Source of the DNA: Octopus sinensis
Lineage: Eukaryota
Assembly (NCBI RefSeq): GCF_006345805.1
Contig: NW_021824063.1
Location: 1-20,005 of the forward strand
DNA length: 20,005 nucleotides
Reading direction: 5' to 3'
This document shows positions 1 to 11,126 of this stretch, piece by piece. The notes beneath the pieces were generated by a model. That model was not told the DNA's origin and made no database searches. It saw nothing but the letters and a program-made list of their open reading frames with translations. The position numbers and the translations under genes were made by a program. The first letter of the stretch is position 1; the number at the start of each line of letters is the position of its first letter.

Positions 1-94
1 CGTATGTATGTATGTATGTATGTATGTATGTATGTATGTTATGTATGTATGTATGTATGTATGTATGTTATATATAATATATATATATATATTA

Positions 95-137
<43 letters not shown>

Positions 138-145
138 GGTAGGTA
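1..145. repeat. (TATG)n/(TA)n compound microsatellite
   Basis: Direct reading of tandem TATG then TA units. Confidence 0.97.
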
Positions 146-196
146 TCAAGGACGGAATTGAACCTAGAGAGTGCCTCTCCAAAGTACATGTCCGGG

Positions 197-1510
197 TAGC
201 GAAATTTTTTTTCTGACAAGAGTTCCGCACCCCAGAAGTGAATATATTTGTATACAGCCAATCAGAGCTCACCTTGCCTATGCTGTCAGGTTAGCAAATG
301 TTGCCATTCAAAATGGCGACCTCCGATTGCCATGTGAATCTTGTATTATGCTCCCATTCAGATGCCAATACCATCGATACTGAACACACACGCTGGTTAG
401 CGGTAAGTATGAATTACTATAGCAATCAAAGATAATGTTTTTGACGAATGTGTTTGTTCCTTCTCAAGCCATGCCTGGCTCATTAGGGCCGGTTTCCCGA
501 TTTCCTTGGCGTTTAGGTTCCCCACCTGGACGGGACACCGGTCTGTCGCAGGGGAGCTGCAAGATGCAGGAGGAAAGAGTGAGAGAAAGTTGTGGTGAAA
601 GAGTCAGCAGAAGTTCGCCATTACTTTCTGCCGGAGCCGCGTGGGGCTTAGGTGTTTCGCTCATAAACACACACATCGCCCGGTCTGAGATTTGAACCCG
701 CGATCCCTCGATCGCGAGTCCGCTGCTCTAACCACTGGGCCATGCACCTCCACTTTGACGAATATGAAAGTACGGAAACTGCTTGAAGGTTTTATAAATA
801 CACATTGAATTCATTCATTGATACGAACTATGGACGAAAATCTCTAGTCAGTATGAAGACAATTGGTGCGCAACCAACTGAAACATCCAGGAGATAGATG
901 GTTGGTGGTGACGGAAACCGCATCGTTGCTGGCAGACCATTGAAGGATTGCTTGAAAAGTGTGAAAGGAAAGGTACCGTTCAGCTCTCAGATTATGCCTA
1001 GACGCAAAGCCCAACATAGCATTCATGAATGTGTTAAAAACAACCAATCTCTTGGTAAAACACACTCCACCAAGTAAACTCAAGATGAAGGACGGTTTGT
1101 AAGTCGACCGATCGCAAAATTGTGTCTGGTTTTAGAAGGAGACAAGTAATTAGATAGATTTGCATCTATACGTATTATCGGATTTTGTTAGGGCCCCATA
1201 TGGTAAAGATGTGGAGGGGAAAAATGTGGGTGGAAGGTGATGTGCTAGCAACTCTTTCCCATTATTGTTTTACAAAGTAAACAACAACACAAATGACGAC
1301 GCAGAGGCAGCCATGGTTGGAACAAGAACAGGAACAACAAGCATTCTTAAAAGAGAAAAGAAGCATGGCCATTCCTTACCCAAGGGACCTTATCTTATCG
1401 CCCATCACTTGTTGTGCGCTCATAAAGCAGTTTGATAGCTGAGCTCTGATTGGCTGTATGCAAATGAGTTCATAACTGGGATCCGGAACTCACGTAGGAA
1501 AAAAATTTCG
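197..1510. mobile_element. Non-autonomous DNA transposon with ~75-bp imperfect terminal inverted repeats (superfamily uncertain)
   Basis: 200-271 (cgaaatttttttt...gagttccgcaccccag...tacagccaatcagagctca) is the imperfect reverse complement of 1440-1510 (tgagctctgattggctgta...ctgggatccggaactc...aaaaaaatttcg). Flanked by direct repeat tgtccggg (189-196, 1511-1518). No recognisable transposase ORF inside. Confidence 0.75.
450..753 (-). mobile_element. tRNA-derived SINE, family A
   Basis: Minus-strand head with A box TGGCCCAGTGG and B box GGTTCAAATCT. TSD tttgacgaat at 440-449 and 754-763. Homologous to 6366-6665. Confidence 0.9.
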
Positions 1511-1783
1511 TGTCCGGGCAAGGTTGTTTAAGGAAAACCAGCAGTCACCCCTCCATACCAGCCTCCCCTCCTCACGTCACCGATGTTATCCAAGGGAGAG
1601 GCAAAGGGGCCAATACAGCTTGGCACCAGTGACATCACAACTCATTTCTACAGTTAAATCAACTGGAACAATGTGAAATAAAGTGTCTTGCTCAAGAGCA
1701 CAACACACAGCCCGGTCCGGGTATCGAACTCACTCCCTCATGATTGTGAGCCGCACGCTCTAATCACTGAGCCTTGCACCTTC
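1511..1783 (-). mobile_element. tRNA-derived SINE, family B (5' part; 3' remainder probably at ~146-196)
   Basis: Minus-strand head GGCTCAGTGATTAGAGC...GAGTTCGATACC followed by tgtgctcttgagcaagacactttatttcac. Homologous to 16080-16170 and 11317-11425. Confidence 0.8.
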
Positions 1784-1844
1784 ACACACACGTTAGAAAG
1801 TGTATGAGAAGTAATGTTTATCGCCACTTCAATATGGCTGTTAT

Positions 1845-2290
1845 CTCTTTCTCTCTCTCTCTCACTCTTTGTATACACACACACACACACACATTATATA
1901 TATATGCATATGTGGGCAATACGATATATATATATATATACATACATACACACACACACACACATATATATATAATATATAGAGAGAGAGAGAGACATAT
2001 ATGTATTATATATATATATAATACATTTATTATACATCTAATACATATATATATATATATATTATATATATATATATAATATATATATACATATATATAT
2101 ATATATTATACATATTATATATATAATATATATATACATATATTTATGTGTATATATGTATTATATACACACACACATGTGTGTGGGTATTTAGAGAAAG
2201 ACGTATATGTTTATATGTATATGTGTGTATGGTGTGTGTATATCTATATATAGAGAAAGATGAATGTATGTGTGTGTGTGTGTGTGTGTG
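1845..2290. repeat. Compound (CT)/(CA)/(TA)/(GA)/(GT) microsatellite
   Basis: Direct reading. Confidence 0.93.
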
Positions 2291-2489
2291 TCCGTAGATG
2301 AGGCTATTCAAAGCCGACACAATAGTGTAGAATATTTATGCCGACCGTAAAGGTGAGAATCGGTGGTGCGATGAAAGTCGATGTCACACAGGAAAGACGC
2401 GCAGGTGAGACATGAACAATGGCTACATTCCACGACATCAGGTATGGCACCAGAGAAAGCCACACCCCACACCTCCACTACCCAGACAC

Positions 2490-2652
2490 TACGCACACAC
2501 ACACACACACGCACACATACACACACGCGCATATACACACGCACGCACACATACAAACGCGCACACATACGCACACTCAAGCTCACGCATATACACACAC
2601 ACATATATATATATATGTGTGTGTGTGGTGTGTGTGTATCATGTGTGCGTGT
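2490..2652. repeat. (CA)n-(TA)n-(TG)n microsatellite
   Basis: Direct reading. Confidence 0.9.
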
Positions 2653-3029
2653 GGACTGAATATAGAGCAGCAATAAGAAAAGGAGAATGCAAAGGAATAA
2701 ATTATTAATGTTATGTATTTCATTGGCTTGCAGACGTTTCTCCTACCTGAGGCAGCGGGCTCATGGTTGAGTGCCTGCATAACATCTTACGGCTTCATCG
2801 GAGCCTCAAAAAGGAACTGCAATTTAATTGAGAAAGAATTACGTTTGTGGTTATATAGGGAACGGCATCAACAATGAGATGTGTATAAGAAAAGCGTATA
2901 TCCAAAATGTATATATGCGCACGCGCACAACCACGCGCGCGTGCGCACACACACGCATGCACACACATTCACACATATATTCTTTTATATTTTCTTTTAC
3001 TTGCTTCAGTTATTAAACAGTGGCCATAT

Positions 3030-3100
3030 TTATTCTATAAGTCTTTTATGCCGAACCGCTAGGTTCCGGGAGACTACCTTTGTCAAGCGGTGATGACAAG
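3030..3100 (-). mobile_element. Fragment of SINE family C body
   Basis: tattctat...gccgaaccgctaggtt...ggga...tgtcaagcg matches 12257-12330. Confidence 0.6.
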
Positions 3101-3371
3101 ATACACACACACATACATATGCGTACATACAAACATGCATATATTTTATATACAGATATACACACATATCAATAGATATACACACACATATATATATATA
3201 ATATATATGTATATATATATATATCTATATAAATAAAACATATATCATGTATGTTGTTATGCGTGTATATATATGCGTGCGTGTGTGTTTATATATGTAT
3301 ATATATATACATATACATACACATACATAATACATATACATGTATGTGTAAATATATATATGTATGTGTAT

Positions 3372-3425
<54 letters not shown>

Positions 3426-3465
3426 ATATATATATATAATAATATATATATATATATATATATAT
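3100..3465. repeat. (TA)n/(CA)n-rich microsatellite
   Basis: Direct reading. Confidence 0.93.
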
Positions 3466-3593
3466 CAGCCGAAATTACTACGATGATCCGGTTCTTGACT
3501 GAAGACTGAGGGGTTCGAATGTCCTGTCCATGTTTATTGTATCGTCTTCTAAGAGTTATACGTTCTTGTCCATGTTGTATTTTTCTACATACC

Positions 3594-3596
<3 letters not shown>
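3466..3596. repeat. Short unique island embedded in (TA)n, probable repeat fragment
   Basis: 130-bp island bounded on both sides by pure (TA)n, like neighbouring TA-embedded elements. No second copy in the window. Confidence 0.35.
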
Positions 3597-3638
<42 letters not shown>

Positions 3639-3642
<4 letters not shown>

Positions 3643-3959
3643 GCAGCGTGGAAAGTGTTTTAAGCCATATAAGAAACACACAAAAGCCGTTCGATTCACT
3701 TCAACTTTAAGTTTAATTGTCAAAATATTTTCGTCGCTAAAATCCGCGACCTCTTCACTGACAGCACGGATTCTTGTCAGTGAAGAGGGGTCGCGATTTA
3801 GCGACGAAAATATTTTGCAAATTAAACTTAAATGTTGAAGTGAATCGAACGGCTTTTGTGTGTTTCTAAATGGCTTATAAAACACCTTCCACGCTGCAAT
3901 TGTTTTCGTTTCAGCACACGATCTCAGAACAAATCACTTGCTATGCGAGTACATCTGCT
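3639..3959 (+). mobile_element. Fold-back element family P1 in (TA)n (Penelope-pLTR-like), with HHR-like motif in each arm
   Basis: Inverted arms 3639-3763 and 3775-3901, 11-nt spacer, unique tail 3902-3959. Second copy at 7635-7875. Confidence 0.8.
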
Positions 3960-4587
3960 ATATATATATATATGTGTGTGTGAGTGTGTGTGTGTGTGTA
4001 TACACACATATATATGTTCATACACCACTACATCACAATCACCCACATCACTACCAACCCCATCGCTACACCGCCTTTTTTCCTCTTCTGCATTAATCAC
4101 GTGACATTGTCACCTGTCACTTAGGGGTAGGCTTTTCGCCATCCACCCCGGTCCTGTAGTAAATACCGACATCCTTTAAAATTGTTTTGCCCTTCTAATT
4201 GAATTGTTGTCACACACCAAATTGCCCCCCGATCCTGTCTCAGCACCTCCGAACCACCCGTCTACCCGTCTCATCTATCTCATCCACCCGCCTTTAATTC
4301 TGTCCTTTTTACATCTTTACATGTTACTCCACCCCGTTTTCTATTCACTGGTTTCATGTTATCTCTTTGTCATTAGCAGTTGTCAGATGGGATGGGAGGA
4401 GGTAGGTGTACGTTGTGACGGGGTGGGAAAAGCTGGTAAAGAAATGGATGAAATCAGGGTGGGTAGATAAGTGATTGTGAGTGAATCATGGATTTTGATA
4501 CATTTGTGTAGTCCATAACTCAACGCCAGCCTGGATAAACTATGATCAAAGTTACTCCAGCCATTATTTTTCTATTTGCCCACGAAG

Positions 4588-6137
4588 CAGGCATGGCTGT
4601 GTGGTTAAAATGCCCGGTTTGTAACCACGCTGTTTCGAGTTCAAACCTACTGTTCGGCATCTTGGTCGTGTGTCTTCTCTCAAAGCCCAGAGCTGACCAA
4701 TGCCTTGTCATTGAATTTGGTAGTTGGAAACTGTGTGAAATCCCCTCTTGTACACACACACACATACACGCACATATACATACACACATATAAGTATGTA
4801 TATGTGAATGTGTGTATGTGTGAGTGTGTGCGTATGTGAATGTGTGTATGTTTAAGTGTGTGTGAATATGAATGTGTGTATGTGTGAGTGTGTGCGTATG
4901 TAAATGTGTGTATGTTTGAGTGTGTGTGAATGTGAGTGTGTGTATGTGTGAGTGTGTGCATATGTGAATGTGTGTATGTGTGAGTGTGTGCGTATGTGAG
5001 TGTGTGTATGTGTGAGTGTGTGCGTATGTGAATGTGTGCATGTGTGAGAATGTGCGTATGTGAATGTGTGAGTGTGTGCGTATGTGTATGTGTGAGTGTG
5101 TGCGTATGTGAATGTGTGTATGTGTGAGTGTGTGCGTATGTGAATGTGTGTATGTGTGAGTGTGTGCATATGTGAATATGTGTATGTGTGAGTGTGTGCG
5201 TATGTGAATGTGTGTATGATTGAGTGTGTGTGAATGTGAATGTGTGTATGTGTGAGTGTGTGCGTATGTGAATTTGTGTATGTGTCAGTGTGTGCGTATG
5301 TGAATGTGTGTATGTGTGAGTGTGTACGTATGTGAATGTGTGTATGTTTGAGTGTGTACGTATGTGAATGTGTGTATGTTTGAGTGTGTGCGTATGTGAA
5401 TGTGTGTACGTGTGAGTGTGCGTATGTGAATGTATGTATGTGTGAGAGTGTGCGTATGTGATTGTGTTTATGTGTGAGTGTGTGCGTATGTGAATGTGTG
5501 TATGTGTGAGTGTGTGCATATGTGAATATGTGTATGTGTGAGTGTGTGCGTATGTGAGTGTGTGTACGTGTGAGTGTGTGCGTATGTGAATGTATGTATG
5601 TGTGAGAGTGTGCGTATGTGATTGTGTTTATGTGTGAGTGTGTGCGTATGTGAATGTGTGTATGTGTGAGTGTGTGCATATGTGAATATGTGTATGTGTG
5701 AGTGTGTGCGAATGTGAATGTGTGCATATGTGAGAGTGTGCGTATGTGAATGTCTGTATGTGTGAGTGTGTGCGAATGTGAATGTGTGCATATGTGAGAG
5801 TGTGCGTATGTGAATGTGTGTATGTGTGAGTGTGTGCGTATGTGAATATGTGTATGTGTGAGTGTGTGCGTATGTGAATGTGTGTATGGTTGAGTGTGTG
5901 TGCATATGTAACTGTGTTTGTGTTTTTACTTCCCAACCACTGCTCGATACGGCCCCTTAAGATATCATTTCGGTGATAGAGACCGATAGAATAAGCATTA
6001 GACTTCAAAAAGAAAAAAAAAACAAAAGAAAAGAAAAAAAGAAAACAGTAGGTACTGGACTCGATTACTTCAATCAAAAACATTTGAAGGTGATGCCCCA
6101 GTATGGCCGCCGTCAAATGACTGAAACGCGTAAAAGA
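4588..6137 (+). mobile_element. SINE family C (diverged) with internal microsatellite expanded to ~1.1 kb
   Basis: Head gcatggctgtgtggttaa...gagttcaaacc (4588-4750) and tail gagaccgatagaataag...ggtgatgccccagtatggccgccgtcaaatgactgaaac (5910-6137) align with 15328-15735. Confidence 0.8.
4795..5905. repeat. 32-bp minisatellite (GAATGTGTGTATGTGTGAGTGTGTGCGTATGT), ~34 units
   Basis: GAA anchor recurs at 4806, 4838, 4870. Variant ATTGTGTTTA recurs at 5461 and 5621 (5 x 32). Confidence 0.9.
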
Positions 6138-6365
6138 TACCCAGTTTAGTCAATCCCGAGACAGTGGGTAGAGTGCGATTTAAGTAAGATTTGGTTGCTG
6201 TTTCCAACAGGTCGAGCGACCACAGATTTGGTTCCATTATTGGCTCAGAAGACAGGTGTTCAAATGAGAAGGACATGTCAGAGTAACAATATTGGTTAGC
6301 ACTATACGGTGGTCTAAAATGTGAGTTCAAATGGCGGCTGGGGTCATTGTTTCATCCACACTGAT

Positions 6366-6665
6366 TTTTTAAATTATTTAGGCGCCCTTTTCAAGCCTAG
6401 CCAGGCTCATGGGCCCGGTTTCCGGTTTCTGTGGCGTATGTGTTCCCCCCAGCTGGACGGGACGCCATTCCGTTGAAGCGTTACTCAAGAAACAGGAAGA
6501 GAGAGTGAGAGAAAGTTGGGGCGAAAGAGTACAACAGGGGTCACCCCCCTGCCGGAGCCTCGTAGAGCTTTAGGTGTTTTCGCTCAATTAATATACACAA
6601 CGTCCGGTCTGGGAATCGAAACCGCGAGTCCGCTGCCCTAACCACTGCGCCATTGTGCCTCCATA
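6366..6665 (-). mobile_element. tRNA-derived SINE, family A
   Basis: A box TGGCGCAGTGG, B box GTTTCGATTCC, A-rich tail. TSD tcatcc(a/g)ca(c/t)tgat at 6352-6365 and 6666-6679. Confidence 0.9.
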
Positions 6666-6749
6666 TCATCCGCATTGATAGAAAGATAAAAGATAAAAGA
6701 TAACTGGCCTGATATTGTTATCTGGAATTAGAGCTGGAGGTGTATATTG

Positions 6750-7110
6750 TCAGATCTTTGTAGTATTTTTTGAAAGAAAGAATTCTATAAAAACATCATC
6801 GGCACGTCGTCGATGTGGTAGACAAAGATATATACAGAAGAACCACATTGTAGATGTAGTCATCTCAGACAATCTAAGTATACCGAGGAAGGAGCACGGA
6901 AAAATTTATAAGTATTCGGGGCTACGATTAAAAACTTCCAGATCGTAGAACAGAAGGGCTGAAGTTGCATCAATAGTAATTGGAGGTCTTGGCTCCATCG
7001 ATATTTACTTTGAAACGCACAAGAAAAAGCTAAATGCTAAACCTTATGTTGTCATCTTACAACAAATCGGCATTGCTTGGAGCTGTCAACATCCTGCAAC
7101 AGCTATGCTC
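6750..7110 (+). pseudogene. Decayed restriction-like endonuclease C-terminus of an R4/Dong-type non-LTR retrotransposon
   Basis: Across frameshifts and one stop: KHHRHVVDVVDKD / HIVDVVISDN..KE..KI.KY..L / IVIGGLGSI / KSALLGAVNILQQL. This matches the RPD..D..IID..P..KE.EK..KY..L / PIVIGALG / QK.ALLG...ILR pattern of R4-clade RLE domains. Confidence 0.75.
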
Positions 7111-7204
7111 TGTCTGGGGCTTTGTGACTTGACGAAGAGAAGGGAAAAGGTAATTGGTCAACACCATGTTAAAGAGAGAAACAGGCAAAATAAATACATA
7201 CATA

Positions 7205-7285
7205 TATACATACGGGGACGTAAACAAAGCAACACAGGTGGTCAACCGGTGGTGAGGACACACACAAGCACCCTTCCCACACACA
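7205..7285 (-). mobile_element. Fragment of SINE family C body
   Basis: tacggggacgtaaaca...gtcaa matches 12291-12325. Confidence 0.6.
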
Positions 7286-7328
7286 GATATACATACATAC
7301 ATACATACATACATACATACATACATAC

Positions 7329-7387
<59 letters not shown>

Positions 7388-7551
7388 CACACAACTTTTA
7401 AACAAGGGCAAAAGAAAAATTATTCCATGCCAATATGGTGATAAAGAGACTTTAAGTCGTCAATTTCCACATATCATTATACACTCACTATAAATATTAC
7501 ACGTCGTGCTGAAATCGGAAAACTAGTCAACAGGATTTAAAAAAAAGTTCG

Positions 7552-7623
<72 letters not shown>

Positions 7624-7634
7624 TATATATACAG

Positions 7635-7874
7635 TTGCAGCGTGGAAGGTGTTTATAAGCCATTTAAGAAACACACAAAAGCCGTTCGATTCAGTGGAAC
7701 AGGTCGCGGATTTTAGCGACGAAAATATTTTGACAAATTAAACTTAAATGTTGGAGTGAATCGAACGGCTTTTGTGTGTTTCTTAAATGGCTTATAAACA
7801 CCTTCCACGCTGCAATTGTTTTCGTTTCAGCACACGATCTCAGATCAAATTACTTGCTATGCGAGTACATCTCC

Positions 7875-7875
<1 letters not shown>
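7635..7875 (+). mobile_element. Fold-back element family P1, copy 2, in (TA)n
   Basis: Short inverted arm 7635-7693 joins the direct copy at TCA microhomology. Direct copy and tail nearly identical to 3777-3957. Confidence 0.85.
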
Positions 7876-7906
<31 letters not shown>

Positions 7907-7911
7907 TCTAT

Positions 7912-7949
<38 letters not shown>

Positions 7950-7950
7950 A

Positions 7951-8697
7951 TAATAGAAATATCAAAATTACTAAGTCTCTATAAAAGAGATTACGGCAGC
8001 GTTACTGGAAATTAATTGTATCGCCATATTAATATAGCATTCTTATAGATATAAGAATAATCGCTGCCGCTGGTCAGCTCCATGAGGCCACCGCCTTAAG
8101 ATAGCTATTGATACACGATCTGTATCCATTATAACCTTCGAACAAGGGAGGTCAGCCGCTTCAGACTGCCAGTCCGACAGCTACAGACGTGTTTCGGGGT
8201 ATTGTTCGAAGGTTATAATGGATACAGATCGTGTATCAATAGCTATCTTAAGGCGGTGGCCTCATGGAGCTGACCAGTGCAGTGATTATTCTTATATCTA
8301 TAAGATGCCATATTAATATGGCGATAACAATTAATTTCCAGTAAACGCTGCCGTAATCTCTTTTATAGAGACTTAGTATTTTTAATATTTCTATTATTGA
8401 AAACAAGTGGATGTATTCCACTGAAACTAGGTAAATAGAAACCTTCGAACAGAGACGTCAGGGCGACACCTGCGGGGTCTGACTGCGCTACATTGACATG
8501 GGGCAATACCCCGAAACGCGTCTGTAGCTGTCGGACTGGCAGTGTGAAGCGGCTGACCTGACCTTCCTTGTTCGAAGGTTATGATGGATACAGATCGTGT
8601 ATCAATAGCTATCTTAAGGCGGTGGCCTCATGGAGCTGACCAGCGCAGCGATTATTCTTATATCTATAAGAATGCCATATTAATATGGCGATAACAA
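7951..8697 (+). mobile_element. Fold-back / partial-tandem element family P2 in (TA)n (Penelope-pLTR-like)
   Basis: Inverted copy 7951-8204, direct copy 8202-8396, second direct copy ~8504-8697. Contains HHR motif 8487-8528. (TA)n on both flanks. Confidence 0.8.
8487..8528 (+). ncRNA. Minimal type I hammerhead ribozyme-like motif (variant core)
   Basis: GCTACA-TTGACAT-GGGG(caata)CCCC-GAAA-CGCG-TC-TGTAGC: 6-bp stem I, 4-bp stem II, palindromic minimal stem III, GUC triplet. Core is U3/A8/U9 instead of C3/G8/A9. Confidence 0.7.
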
Positions 8698-8698
8698 T

Positions 8699-8744
<46 letters not shown>

Positions 8745-8751
<7 letters not shown>

Positions 8752-8896
8752 GGAGCTTCTACAGGACTAGAACTGTTTCATTCAAATGAAAAACAGTTCT
8801 AGTCCTGTAGAAGCTCCTTCTATAAATAAATTAATTTACTCTGCTATGTATTGAGTACCTTATTTACTGTGGTTAACCCCGACTCAACCCGGGACC
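8745..8896 (+). mobile_element. Fold-back element family P3 in (TA)n
   Basis: Perfect arms 8745-8778 and 8791-8824, then unique tail to 8896. (TA)n flanks. Confidence 0.75.
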
Positions 8897-8899
8897 TAT

Positions 8900-8956
<57 letters not shown>

Positions 8957-8964
8957 ATATATAC

Positions 8965-9085
8965 ATTTCAGTTTTTGGCCTACCAAATCCATCTCGCAAG
9001 GCTTTGATTGAGCAGGGGGCTAGGGTAACAGACATTTGCCCAAGGTGCCACTCAGTGGGACCAAACCCGGAATCCTTGTAGTAAT
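8965..9085 (-). mobile_element. Diverged SINE family C head fragment
   Basis: ctaccaaatcca..cgcaaggctttg...ttgcccaaggtgcca..cagtgggac.aaacccggaa aligns with 12474-12565. Confidence 0.7.
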
Positions 9086-9595
9086 AAGGAACCAAGACCT
9101 CTCCCCCTCACGAGCACACCTGCGCCTTGCATCTAATGCACCCACCCTTACTCCCCCTCTCTCTCCCTCCCTCTCTCTTCCCCTCACGCACACACTCAAA
9201 CGCTTTCCACTCCACCTGGAAGCAATCGTTTTGTTTTAATGATTCTTTCGTTTAACTTCTCGTCATCTTCGTTCTTTATTGTTCCAGTTTCCTGACATTA
9301 ACCTATTTCTTCCTGTCCCCCACCCTCCACCCAGCGTCAACCCCTTTTCGGTTTTACGTCTCTTATCTCAACAAATGCCAGAATTCTAAACAAAACCATA
9401 TTGTTATAGGAAATTAAAAGGATTAAGTTTCCCGAACTAAGTCTATCCTTTCTAATATATTTTTTCTAATTTGTTCTCATTTATTCTTGTAAGAGTCTCA
9501 AGTCGTAATTCATTAGACTGCGGCCATGCTGTAGTGCTGCCTTTGCGGGTTGAGTCCATCACTTTGTCCTCAGTACTTAAAGTCTGGTTGTATGT

Positions 9596-9690
9596 GTGTT
9601 GGAATGCCAATGAAGGAGCCTTGGATCTAGGTTAGAAACTGGTTCTTTCTCTATTGGCAAGAAATCTTGAAATAAAAGTGAATAACATAC
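9596..9690 (+). repeat. ~95-bp dispersed repeat P4 abutting (CATA)n, copy 1
   Basis: ccaatgaaggagccttggatctaggttagaaac..ctttctctatt...tgaaataaaa recurs at 10301-10396. Confidence 0.75.
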
Positions 9691-10050
9691 GTACGTACAT
9701 ATATACATTCATACATACATACATACATACATACATACATACATACATACATACACACACACATACATACATACATACATACATACATACATACATGCAT
9801 GCATGCATGCATAATGCATACATGCATGTATACATATGTACATACATACATTTATACATTCATGCATACATACATACATGCATACATACATACATATATG
9901 CATATATACATACATTCATGCCTACATACATAAATACATACCTACATACAAACATACATACATACATGCATGCATGCATACATACATACATACATACATG
10001 CATACATACATAAATACATACATACATACATAAATTCATACATACAAACA

Positions 10051-10084
<34 letters not shown>

Positions 10085-10270
10085 CATACATACATACATA
10101 CATACATGCATGCATGCATGCATGCATGCATACATACATACATACATACACATATACATACATGCATACATACATGTATGCATGCATGCATACATACATG
10201 CATGCATACATACACACATACATACATACACACATACATACATACATACATACATACATACATACATACA

Positions 10271-10300
<30 letters not shown>
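9686..10300. repeat. (CATA)n/(CATG)n microsatellite
   Basis: Direct reading. Confidence 0.97.
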
Positions 10301-10301
<1 letters not shown>

Positions 10302-10396
10302 TCAGTTGATGTTTCTGAAATTCCAATGGAGGAGCCTTAGATCTAGGTTAGAAACCGACTCTTTCTCTATTTATTGAAATAAAAATTTATAATGAC
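10301..10396 (+). repeat. ~95-bp dispersed repeat P4, copy 2
   Basis: Direct copy of 9596-9690, again followed by CATA-type repeats. Confidence 0.75.
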
Positions 10397-10643
10397 ATGC
10401 ATACATACACACGCATACATACGCTCACTTACACTCACACACACGCACATACATTCATTATACATATAAACATACATGAATACATACACACACATACATA
10501 TAAATAAACGGACTAAAGAACCTACCTATGGCGTATATGACTCACTGTTGCTAGCTGAGTGGATTGGAAGAATGTGAAATGAAATGCTTTATTTACATTA
10601 TTTACATTTGACGGATATTTGTCCTCATCTTGTTTGTTATTAG

Positions 10644-10685
10644 CACAACGTTTCGACTGATGTACTCTCCAGCCTTCATCAGGTG
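10644..10685 (-). ncRNA. Minimal type I hammerhead ribozyme motif
   Basis: Minus strand CAC-CTGATGA-A-GGCTGG(agagtaca)TCAGTC-GAAA-CG-TT-GTG: canonical CUGAUGA and GAAA boxes, stem II with G-U pairs, minimal stem III, short stem I. Confidence 0.72.
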
Positions 10686-10749
10686 TCCTGGGGGAATTTT
10701 GAACATGGGTTCTCATTCCTAAGGTATTTTTCCGTTGTTGTTGTTGTTG

Positions 10750-10787
<38 letters not shown>

Positions 10788-10890
10788 GAGTGAGAGAGCA
10801 GTGCATGCCATCAAAGTGACACTGGAGTAAAATATACGAAGCCCAATATACCCATCATGACTACCCGTCTGATAAGGGTACACCAGGCAC
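10788..10890. repeat. Short insertion within (TTA)n, probable retroelement 3' fragment
   Basis: Unique 100-bp island with TACCC...GGGTA hairpin, bounded by (TTA)n. Confidence 0.4.
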
Positions 10891-10935
<45 letters not shown>

Positions 10936-10947
10936 CATCATCATCAT

Positions 10948-11126
10948 TTTCTTTGCACAGCTTCTAACGCTGGAGATGTACTACGGTATCCGCTGTCCAC
11001 TACCAGTGAACTAAGGTAACACCTCTTATTTTTCGTGCACCTTCCGGAGTATTCGAGCGGTTCGAAGCAGTAGTGTTTTCTGCACGTGATCCACCCTTAT
11101 TGCAGCCCCTATTTGTTCCATGTACA

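Noticed and set aside
680-753. tRNA genes at SINE heads (also 6600-6665, 11200-11275, 12550-12612)
   Set aside because: A/B boxes run directly into repeat bodies with TSDs and no complete cloverleaf, so they are SINE heads rather than tRNAs.
2291-2880. Unique islands as possible exons or regulatory DNA
   Set aside because: No recognisable protein motif or consistent splice-site pair. Cannot be supported without conservation or RNA data.
3495-3530. CTGAAGA...CGAATGTC hammerhead-like string
   Set aside because: No convincing stem I or stem II pairing, and single copy in the window.
4255-4470. C-rich/G-rich loose inverted similarity (old MITE?)
   Set aside because: Only 7-9-bp matches, explicable by base composition.
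4795-5905. CRISPR-like periodicity
   Set aside because: No unique spacers, no cas genes, and the context is eukaryotic.
4520-6116. Long His/Thr-rich ORFs up to 291 aa
   Set aside because: Translations of the 32-bp minisatellite.
9632-10377. MYVC/HTYI-repeat ORFs (also 18431-19442)
   Set aside because: Translations of (CATA)n.
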